Shown: one piece after another, positions 54,371 through 64,000 of the stretch | Position numbering within the stretch: position 1 is the stretch's first letter | How the letters are laid out: every line of letters starts with the position of its first letter | Assembly: GCA_050084985.1 (NCBI GenBank) | Contig: JBITNC010000002.1 | Coordinates: forward strand, 5,518,001 to 5,582,000 | Length of the DNA stretch: 64,000 bases | Origin: Nageia nagi | Lineage: Eukaryota > Plantae > Pinophyta | Direction of reading: 5' to 3' | Program-made: the position numbers and the translations under genes | The notes under the pieces: generated by a model | The model's database searches: none | Seen by the model: only the letters and a program-made list of their open reading frames with translations | What the model was told of the DNA's origin: nothing

Positions 54371-55308
54371 CCACCATCACTTTTCCAACAAGTTTATTGC
54401 AAGTTAGACACTAATGTTGATGCCAATTTGTTACCTGATATAGTCAGGAAAAGGTAGTTTCCTCCATGCATATTAAATACGCTTTTCAAAGGCATGTGAA
54501 AGATATTGCAAAACTTCATGTGTGTATTCATTTTATGTAAAGCATATCTTTGTTTAAATGATATCCTTGGACATAAGCATATATTGTTAGCTTTGTTTCA
54601 TCACTTGTATCATATGTATTTAACTACTCACTTATATCTAGCTAAGTGAGACTTAGGAATTGATAAGCATATGTTGTATTTAACTGCTCACGTAAATACT
54701 GGCAAGTGAGACTCTACAACTCAGTGGAGTTAAATCACAAGTTGTATCTAAATACTCACCTTGAGTACAAGTAAGTGAGACTCTACAACTCACTTAGTGA
54801 GTTGTAGTCTCACACTTGTAAACTAGTTAACATGTACACTTTCCTTTCTGTGCCATATAACCTATCTAATAAAGAGTGTACAGCATCCATGTTTGGCAGC
54901 CCCTCTTGTGATATTTTCTGCTTCTGTGCGTGCTCATATTAGCGAATCAGTATTTGAAAACAAATAATAAAAGTTGACCCAATTCACAAATATATTACAC
55001 ATACCATATTAATATTACTCTAAAACTTGTTATGTAAACCAATGAACAACCATACTAATCTAAGAAGAATCAAATTTGAATGAAATCTAATGGATACATC
55101 ATTCCAGACAAGAGAAGAGAAAAGTCAAATAACGGTAAGATCCGTAAAGTAAATTTGCAGTTGTTCAATTACCATATCTTTTACATGGAATCACTTTAAT
55201 ATACTCATCATAGCTGATTCACTTATATTCATCTACCAGTCCCATATATGGCCAACAAAAAGAAAACAAGGTAAAATGGAAGAATAATGAACATGAAAAT
55301 GTGTGAAC

Positions 55309-55477
55309 CTTTTGCAGCTTGATTTCTACGGCCTTGACGTGCTGTAAATCGGGCAGCTTCTTCAAGATCTTTGCAGGGATTGCAAATTCTTACAGGCTGA
55401 TCTCCCTGCCCCCGTAAATACATTCTCTGTAGTGTACAATTGTTGCAGAACAAGCCTCCACATCTACGACAGTGATG
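55309..55477 (-). CDS. FYVE4: FYVE4-like gene, exon 2 (FYVE zinc finger)
   Basis: tttag|CAT CAC TGT CGT AGA TGT GGA = HHCRRCGGLFCNNC...VRICNPC. Ends AAA G|gttcac (phase 1), matching the acceptor at 44549. Confidence 0.92.
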
Positions 55478-58196
55478 CTAAACCCAAAGAAATGGTCATT
55501 GAAAAAGAGAAGATGAAATTGAATAAAAAAAATAACCGAAATAAAAGAAGATATCTCCAGTAAAAAAATTGAACTTTAATATATGATAAGTTATAAGTTT
55601 TCTATCTGTGTCCCAATAACTGTTTCAATGAGTCTGGGTACTCCTTATCTTGAAAAACATTTCTAGGTATTAGTAGTAACTTCCCAACATTTTGTCTAAG
55701 GAAAAAAAGAACTCTGGGAACATGTCCAACTTAACTGTACATTATTTCCAGAGGCATAATGCATTTTCAATATGATTTACTGGTATCTTCAAGTGGGTAG
55801 ATCGCTAAGACTTCAATATCAAAACTTATTTTTGCATTATAAATTTCCAATGTCATTCCCTACCATCTGCAATGCCTTCTTTTCATTTCTGATTACATTT
55901 CCATGTCCTATCTTTTCCTCTACAAGCACACGAAGCATCATCTTTCTAGTCATTTTTTACTGTAAGTCTCAGTATGAGGATGCAAATCTAAAAATAGTAT
56001 TAACTCCAAAGAGTCAAGTTACATTCTAAAATGGCAAGCATAAAAACAGGAGAAGAATATGCAACTCCTTCAAGAGAATCTCCAAAACCCTAAATACTTC
56101 TAAAATGACATGTGGAATTTCTTTCACTTACATTTATGGAAATATAAAATACTTTTATTTCACCTGTAGACTTGACACCTAAATCTAATAATAATACAAT
56201 TAACCTTAATCCCTAAGGATTAGGTATCCAAAATTTCCCCCTTAATTCAAAAGGGATTACGAAAGAAATTAAAACAAAAAGAGTGCCTTGAGGTGTGTAG
56301 AACATTCTTTGTCAACACAAGATAGGTAATATCTTCAAAAGATCCACCTCAACGATTATACCCAATGTTACCCCCTTAATCCAAAGGGGTAAAAATACTG
56401 CAATAGAAGTCTTCATCACAAAAGCATCAGCAAAGTGTCTTCATCCAAACAAGAAGGATATTAGATGAAGTCGGAGAATAATAAAGTGCAACCAAGTCTC
56501 CTCCAAGAAACCATGAAAAAAGCATTTTCTTCAACATAGATCATTCCAAGGAAGATGAAAGCTCCACAAATAAGAAACTCAAACCAATCACCAACAAATC
56601 TCTCCTGATTGAAGAGAAACAAGGTGTGAACAATAATATTCTCCACCATGAATACAAAAATGATGTGCATAAAGAAACATATATAAAGTTTCCCACACAT
56701 AGCATGCTCACAAAAGATGTGATCTCCCACATTCACATCATATGATCTATCTCATACAATTGCTTCAAACCTCATCAAATATGTCAAACCAAAGGAGCCA
56801 TGAAGAAAAATTACCTCAACAACCAAATTCCTCCACACATAGAATGTACAAATCATGAAGAAAGGTGCTTAGTAATCAGGATTTCTCCATCAACATACTA
56901 GCTCCAACAAAACTCAATCATCTTGGCATCATCATAGAAAACCCCCTTCAACATGTGCTACACTTCCATGATGGTAGGTTGACATTGCTATCAGAACTTT
57001 AGCCAATAATCAAAAGCATTGGGGCTAAGATGGCATTGCTATCAGAACACTAGCCAATCAAAAGACCCAAACTATCTTCACCTTTGAATCACAAGGCAAG
57101 CACAAAAGGACTAGTAGAAAATGTGAAGTAAGAGTAACACAACCATTTTCAAAAATGACTGCAATATGATACCAAGTTTTCAAAATAAAGTTGAGTATAT
57201 AGCAATACCTATAAAAATAATGAAGGACACCATCTTCATCTTCAAGGGTGATTATCACAAAAAATGTCATCTCTATCACCTTTGCAACAAGGTAAAGAAT
57301 ATCTCCAACAAGGCACCACTCAACTCAACTAAATAAGCACAATAACAAATCTATGGTTTCACCTCCAAAGGGGCATCAAAGAAACCGTAACATCAAGATC
57401 AAGATCCTCCAATAAAATTGTCTTACTATGAAAATATGAAGTTTCCAAAACTGAATTAGAAATCATGTAAAGTAATGCAATGTCCTCTACAATGAATGTT
57501 CTTGACAATATTCCTCCAAAATCCACAAAAATCTTTTAATTTTATCTCAAAAATTTAAAGGTCTTCAACAAATAAAAATGCTCTTCAAAAATGATGAGAT
57601 ACCCATAAATAAATGCTTTCAAACCATAGCTATGAAAATTTTGCTCCTCTAGGAAAAAAATTCAGTGAAACGGAGTTACATTTTTCAAATTATATAAAAA
57701 ATAGTCTTCAAAATTTAAAAAGGCCCAAAAAACACCAAAACAACCTACCATTCAATAAGAGGAATCAACTCTGGTCAAAGCGTAAAGGTGGCATTGAGTG
57801 GAAGTAAGCAGGTCCACGATGGCAATGTGCAAGTTAGACAAAGTGGGAAAAGACACGAAGTGCAGGTCCACATTGGGTCTAGGGAAGTTGCACGTTGGTC
57901 AACAAGTCCGCATCGGGTTTGGGAAAGCTACACAAGCTCCAAGTTGGCAAGGGTTGGTGCTCACATCTTCACCATGAACATATACACTGCCAGCTGGAGA
58001 CATGGACTCCGCATGAGACAGCCTAGGTTGCATGCAAGTCTAACATCAAAAGCGAGGTGCAAAAGGGACAGGTCGGCGGAACATGGAACACACAGGTCCA
58101 CCACACAGTCTAACAAGCAGGAAGCAACCACAACCTTCAACCTCGAACAGAATGCACAAGGAAGTGAGGTGAGAGCACCAAACATGGCAGGTACAG

Positions 58197-59029
58197 TGTA
58201 ATGTCCTCATTTTGGTATTTTCATATTTTATGTTAATCATGTAATCCCACTTATTTTATTTTAATAAAAATGCTAAATTAAAAAAAAAAAAGGTGATGTG
58301 GGATGCACCTTTTGTGAGTCCATAGGAGTCTTTTTAGTGTGTAACAACTTAAGCTAAGTTGTGTTTTAAAGTGGCCCCCCTCAACAAAGAATTAGAATGT
58401 GGTCTATAAAAGGGATATGTGAGCCCCATTTTGAGATATGATCTTATTTTTATTTTGTGAACTTATTATTGTGGGCTGAACCCCAACCTCCCTAGGTGAT
58501 GTGCCCTAGTTTCTCAAGAGAAACCAAGTGTGTAGCAAGGTGATGTGCCCTTGTAAACAAGTTGGAATTGGTGGATCTGTTGTTTGATCCATATTTGAGG
58601 TTCAGATTTGAGTGTTTTAGCTGGTAAGAGGGTTTGGAGAAGATCGTCCAATTTTGGGAGCCACTTTGAGCACAATGTCATGCCAATTTCATCTTCCTGG
58701 AGGATCGCCCAGCCTTGGGCAATTTTCTGGAGTGTTTTGGGAGTAGGGTTTGCAGTGTTTGGGTGTGTTTTGCCTCCTAGAGGAGGGACGTCTAGTTCTG
58801 AGTATTTGTTTTCTGCATTTTAAGGGTGAATCTGTGATGTATGAAGGCTGGTCTCTGTATTCCCACAGCAGAATATTTTTATAAAAAATTATATGCTCAG
58901 ATCTGCCATTGTATTCATTACTGTTTAAATATTTAGATCTGGTTTTGTTTGAATAGATAAAAATTTTATTGGAGGAATTTCTAATGTTTTTAGCTAGAGT
59001 TTGGTAATTTTTTACTTAGGGTTTTTACA
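58197..59029 (+). mobile_element. Solo LTR (833 bp)
   Basis: TGTAA...TTACA termini, perfect TSD TACAG, CTATAAAAG TATA box near 58404. Confidence 0.9.
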
Positions 59030-59603
59030 TACAGGGCCTTCACCAAATGCACAGATAGATAGGTTTGCACAACAGAAACACAACCTTGAATCAATCCTTC
59101 AAACCCTTACACATAGGCTGAGAACTTCAGAGAGAAATAAATTCATCAAATATGCTCCAAAACAGGTCATCCAATATACCAAAATAATCAGAACAGAAAT
59201 GGGTATTCAAATATGAGCTTAAAAATGGATTTTGACTAAGGGATATAGAGAAAAATGAAGAATGAGATGGACTGTGGAGTTCTCCAGATTTGCATGAAAA
59301 TGAGCAAAAGCTTTGATACCATTGTATGGCCCAATATGAGGATGCAAATCCAAAAATAGTATTAGCTCCAAAAAGCCATGTTAGATTCTAAAATGACAAG
59401 CATAAAAAGAAGAGAAGAATATGTAACTCCTTCAAGAGAATCTCTAAAACCCTAAAAACTCCTAAACTTTCTAATGACACTTGGACTTCATAATGACATA
59501 TGGAATTTCTTCCACTTACATTTATGGAAATATAAAATATTTTTATTTCACCTAGACACTTGCCAACTAAATCTAATAATATTATAATTAACCTTAATCC
59601 CTA

Positions 59604-62246
59604 TGTTGGGGGCTTTTTCTTTCCTACCCTTGCAAATTGGCAAATGGTATCGCAGGTATCGTAAGGCCTAGTAGAAAGACTCCAACACCTAAGTGGTAGG
59701 GCGTTACCCCTACCCACTATGAGGACTGTTGACCTCAAAGGTTAGGAAGTGAAGGATGCAAGGGTTCACTCAGATGACTTGATGGAGATGTTTAAAGTTG
59801 TTTCCAACTCAAATGAAATTTGTTACTCAAGGACTCGAAGAGTCTCTAATCCCAGTAAGGTTGTTTCTCAAATAAAATAGAAAATAAAAGGAGTTTGTTG
59901 CAAAAGCCGCACAAAAAATAGAAAAATAAAGAAAAACATTTGTGAAGAGACGATGATATATGAATGGGGCTCTACGGCAATGTTCTCACCGACTAGTATG
60001 AATTTCAGAGACTGGACTCACATGGGTTTGATCTAGGTTCCATGCATTCCCGATCTGACTTGTGAGGCAACAACACGAATACCTCAACAAGGGAAGCTTG
60101 AAGCTGAAGCAGTGGAAAGGTAAGATAGGATGGGATAAGACTCAAACATGGAATGAAGTTCCTAGGTTAAACGACATATGCGAGTTCTCTCGAAAGACAC
60201 TAATCCAATGTGCAAACTATAGAATGTTACAACCACACACACCACTTAAAATGTTTCAAAAGATCTACAAGCATTCTTTTGTCCACCTTATAGAAGATTT
60301 ACAAAATGATTCAAACACTTAAGATAGCATGGAGAAATAACATACAATGACATCCATAGTCTCAAATAAGAACATGCTCACTTCAATTACTTGAAATTTA
60401 TATCGCAATTTGCGAAAAGGGAAACTTGCAAGTTTGAAAATATCGTATGTGTGTCCCAATTTGCACAAATGTCTCATCCTTTACAAATGAGCCCAAATGG
60501 GCTATATATAGTTTTTGAGAAACTCAAAGTGTTGCCCTAACCCTAATTACGATTTTCAAGAAAATCAAATATGGTCTAACATAAATATGCCACACGGCAT
60601 TACAAGATGTCCTCCAAATTTGTGGGAGCAAATCCTCATCCATCACAAATTTGGGAATTTATTAACAAATAAATAAGACCTCCAAAAATAACTTATGAAA
60701 TATAATAAATGCAAGACAACAAATATTGTGACTAGGGAGTTGGTGGGCCCAACGCCTCTACATGCCCTTCAAAGTTGTCGTCCAAGAATTTGGTCGTGAG
60801 CTCCAATCCATGTAGCATCTTTGATAGCTTCGGCCCATTCTTCACCATGTTGCGCTCTACCTTGTTAACAATCCTCATCATATCCTTCTCCCACCTAGCT
60901 GACCTCAAGATGTGTGCCAGCCCAGAACCTCCTATAAAGCCGCATGTGCCCGAACGATTGAGTTTTAATGCTCAACCTGGCTTGGCACATGGAAAAAAAA
61001 GACAAAAAAGTGACTTTTTGAACCATGCGCCAACCCTGAGGGTATGTATGCTTCCAACATTGGGTCTCCCGCCTTCATGCTTGCTTGCCTTGATCACCTA
61101 ACTCACCCAGTAACCTGATTTTTACTGATTTTGGGTCTCCTGGTCGGCTGGACTTATCAATTTTGATGTTTCATTTCAACCTAGGTAACATGTGGGCTTG
61201 GCGCATGCTTCCAAAAGTCAAGTTTGTGACTTTTTGAGGTATGCGCCAGCCTTGGCTGTCCATCCAGCCTGGTCGCATGGTTCAAAAAGATAAGATTTTG
61301 TCTTTTTGAAGCGTGCACCAACCTCCAGTTGGCCTGTTTTCCAAAATTTGATCTTTAAGTGCTCATGCCTTAGCCAAATCTTTACCTTTCTCAAATTCTG
61401 GAGGCTTCCTAGGCTTGGCGCATGTCTCAAAAAGTCTAGAATTTGTCTTTTGCGACCATGCGCCAACCCCCCAAGGTATGCTTGAGTTTTCCAAGTCCAG
61501 GACTTGTCAAATTTTCCACTTTGCTTGGACTGGCAACATTTCTAGGCTTGGTGCATGGTTCAAAAAGACAAGATTTTGTCTTTTTGAAACATGTGCCAAC
61601 CTCCTGAGTGACTCATGATCATTTTCCGACCTCTGAACTTGCTCATCTTGCCCTCTTGGCGAAGTCGCATGGTTCAAAAAGACAAGATTCTATCTTTTCA
61701 AACCATGCGCCAGACTTGTAGTGCCTTTGCCTTAGGTTTTCCATGCTCACTTTGGCTCCATTCCGCTCCCTGTGTTTGGCGCATACCCAAGAAAGACAAG
61801 ATTTTGTCTCCTAGAGGCATGTGCTAGGCTTGCAAGTGCCTAGATTCCGTTCTTGAGCCTTCCCTCCTGTTTGGACGACCCCCAGGCCCAATCGCATGGT
61901 TCAAAAAGACAAGATTTTGTCTTTGGAAACCATGCGCCAGCCCTTGGAGATGCCCAGTTTGCTTTGATTGAGCTCCGACTCTTTTTAGACTCCCTAGTGC
62001 ACCTAAGATCAACTTTTACCCTTCCCAGACTTAGCCATTTTTTAGAGATTTTGAAATTCCTATCTTGATATCACTAACCCTAGACGGAGGAAGAGGTTTG
62101 AACTATATGGGAAGTTGTCCATGAATCTGGGTCTTTGTGACGCAACTTGGGTGGGATTGATGACGACAAAATGAAATATATACACGATGCATTGAGGGTC
62201 CCCAAAATCGCAGGATTTTGGGGCATGTTGTGTTTTAGTCACAACA
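59604..62246 (-). mobile_element. Large solo LTR (2643 bp)
   Basis: TGTTG...CAACA termini and perfect TSD CCCTA. Orientation inferred from the minus-strand CTATATATAG..CATTTGTAA context near 60480-60512. Confidence 0.88.
60982..61940. repeat. Array of eight ~52-bp palindromic repeats with variable spacers
   Basis: Consensus TTGGCGCATGGTTCAAAAAGACAAGATTTTGTCTTTTTGAACCATGCGCCAA at 60982, 61198, 61269, 61415, 61548, 61662, 61776 and 61889. Confidence 0.93.
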
Positions 62247-63981
62247 CCCTATATAGTAGATTTCCAACATTTACTGCATATCCAATTACTTGTTTCTAGG
62301 TAGAAAATAGTTGTCAGCGTATAATTTGATCATTTTTTTCAGTAAATTGCAATGATCATAACATGAGGGAGAATACCATCTCAGAGCACCTTTGTGCTTA
62401 GAAAGCATCTCTAAGAGGTTTCTGTTCTGCCAAAACTAGCCTGGCATTTGCACCCAACCTTATTTGGCTATGCCCTCCCCTTGACATAGACACATCAACA
62501 AACGGAGCTAAACCCATGGTCTTTGACCACTGCCCAACTTTCTTTTCCAATAAAAAAAGGAAAAGAAAGTTGTGCCATTTAGTCTGGCCTTTTTTAATAA
62601 ATGTGTTGAATAAACAATAAGAATCCCCACCAAGAATTATTGTTATGGCCATGTTCAAGTCTAAACAGATAAGTAAAAGTGTTTTATGTATTGGTCTAAA
62701 CATGCTTTACCGGACCAAGGTCATTATATAGTTCAAGGCCCTTGACTCTCAAGTCATGATCAAGGATGTTGTAACCTAATCCTACCTTTTAATTATAGGA
62801 ATGATTTAATATATGTTTATACTATCATAATTGTTACTCCTACCAACTTACTTGGACCTTGTAAAATCTTGTCAGAGCTGTTTCTCATTGCAATGAACCT
62901 ATGGTTGTTTTTATTCTACAGTCAAGGACTCTTCCATCTTAATGAAATCCTCGCCTTGTTTAGTTAATTAGCATATTGGTGTTGCTTTAGAACAGCTCTT
63001 TAGTGCTTACAGTTCTGTGTTATTAATCTCTAATTTTTTACAGCTCTCTAGTGCTTGTAGTGCTATGTTATTAATCTTTAACTCTCGTTTTTCCCTCACA
63101 TATCGCATGCAATGATGTATCGGACATAAGAACGAAATCTTTACCTCTGTTAGTTTGAATATTGCAACGGTACGGCCACTGAGAATATAGTTATGTCGAA
63201 GGTGTATATGTATCGTTGGTGCTTGACTCTTGTCGTACACTTGAGTTTTACAATACTATCAAAGAATTTGCTCTCAATACACCCACAGCTTAAAGTTTGA
63301 TTGGTAAAAGAACAGGCTCCATTTATGGCTTTGAGGGAATGGATCTCCTTTGTCATGACAACTTAGTAGAAGATATATGTGTTCAAGTTGTGATCGGCCT
63401 ATATATAGACAGATATGCGGTATGCCACTCTATATCAGTAAATTATATTTATTCTCACTTCCAAAATACCAACCGGCCTGTTTTTCAGAAACGCCCATTT
63501 CAATCAGCCAGCCTGACTCTAATGCTCCAATATCTGAACATCTTGTAACAATTTATTTTTCCTACTTTGTAGATAACTCGGAAATTGGGAAAAATTACTT
63601 TAATGTATGACTTCAGAAATCGGTAAAACCCATTCACCCATTATAAATGATCAAAATTACACTCCTGAGTAAAGGAGAAAAAAAAAACATAACCCTTCAA
63701 AACAAAAACAGAAAAAACATTCCCCTGGATATTAAAAAAAGAAACCTTTTAAGGGTTTCTGTAATATTTAAACCTAAACGGGAATAAGCTTGAATTTTTA
63801 GGTGATTTTTGAATCATCGCATCCTCCTGATCGTCAAAATAGTTCAACTTAACAACTGCATCTAACAGTATATCAAAATTCACAGTGTGCATAATTGTTC
63901 AGCTTAAACGATAATTTTTTCCTAGCAAAGATTCAATTCGACCAAAGAATATAAATCCATAGTCACAATCGGATGTCAAAC

Positions 63982-64000
63982 CTTGCGATTGAAGAAGGTG
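63982..64000 (-). CDS. FYVE4: FYVE4-like gene, 3' end of first visible coding exon (runs off the window)
   Basis: Minus strand reads ACC TTC TTC AAT CGC AAG|GTTTGA = T-F-F-N-R-K then a GT donor. Splicing to 55477 gives the FYVE signature RKHHCRRCG. Confidence 0.85.

Larger units (their letters stand above)
55961..62269 (-). mobile_element. Non-autonomous short-LTR retroelement in intron 1, carrying two nested solo LTRs
   Basis: 3' LTR 55961-~56233 beside PPT TTAAGGGGGAA. 5' LTR 59323-59603 plus 62252-62269 beside PBS TGGTATCAAAGC. TSD TTTAC on both sides. No coding motifs recognised. Confidence 0.88.

Noticed and set aside
57788-58201. 137-aa ORF in a GC-richer patch
   Set aside because: Arises from short repeats in the leader of the non-autonomous element; no domain evidence.
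60982-61940. True CRISPR array
   Set aside because: Eukaryotic LTR context, no cas genes, degenerate repeats, and spacer lengths from 19 to 164 bp. Kept as a palindromic repeat array.

Overview
AT-rich land-plant nuclear DNA; the very long TE-filled introns and heavily decayed elements suggest a large gymnosperm-type genome (inference). Positions 1-39.6 kb are nested, degenerate transposons: several Ty1/copia elements of one family with ~3 kb leaders, two full-length Ty3/gypsy chromoviruses with target-site duplications (TSDs), an older gypsy pol fragment and a hAT transposase remnant. From 40.3 kb to the window end is one minus-strand gene, a FYVE-domain protein with eight helical DM14-like repeats (Arabidopsis FYVE4/At1g61690-like). 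Its exons are >64000-63982, 55477-55309, 44548-41976 and 41626-40299. Introns 1 and 2 (8.5 and 10.8 kb) carry LTR elements, solo LTRs and LINE fragments, and exon 3 has an apparent 2-nt frameshift. The most unusual signals are an array of eight ~52-bp palindromes with variable spacers in an intronic solo LTR, conserved splice signals suggesting a spliced and structured copia leader, and ~50-bp dyads kept in diverged copia LTRs. All coordinates were read by eye; no alignment, folding or database search was run.
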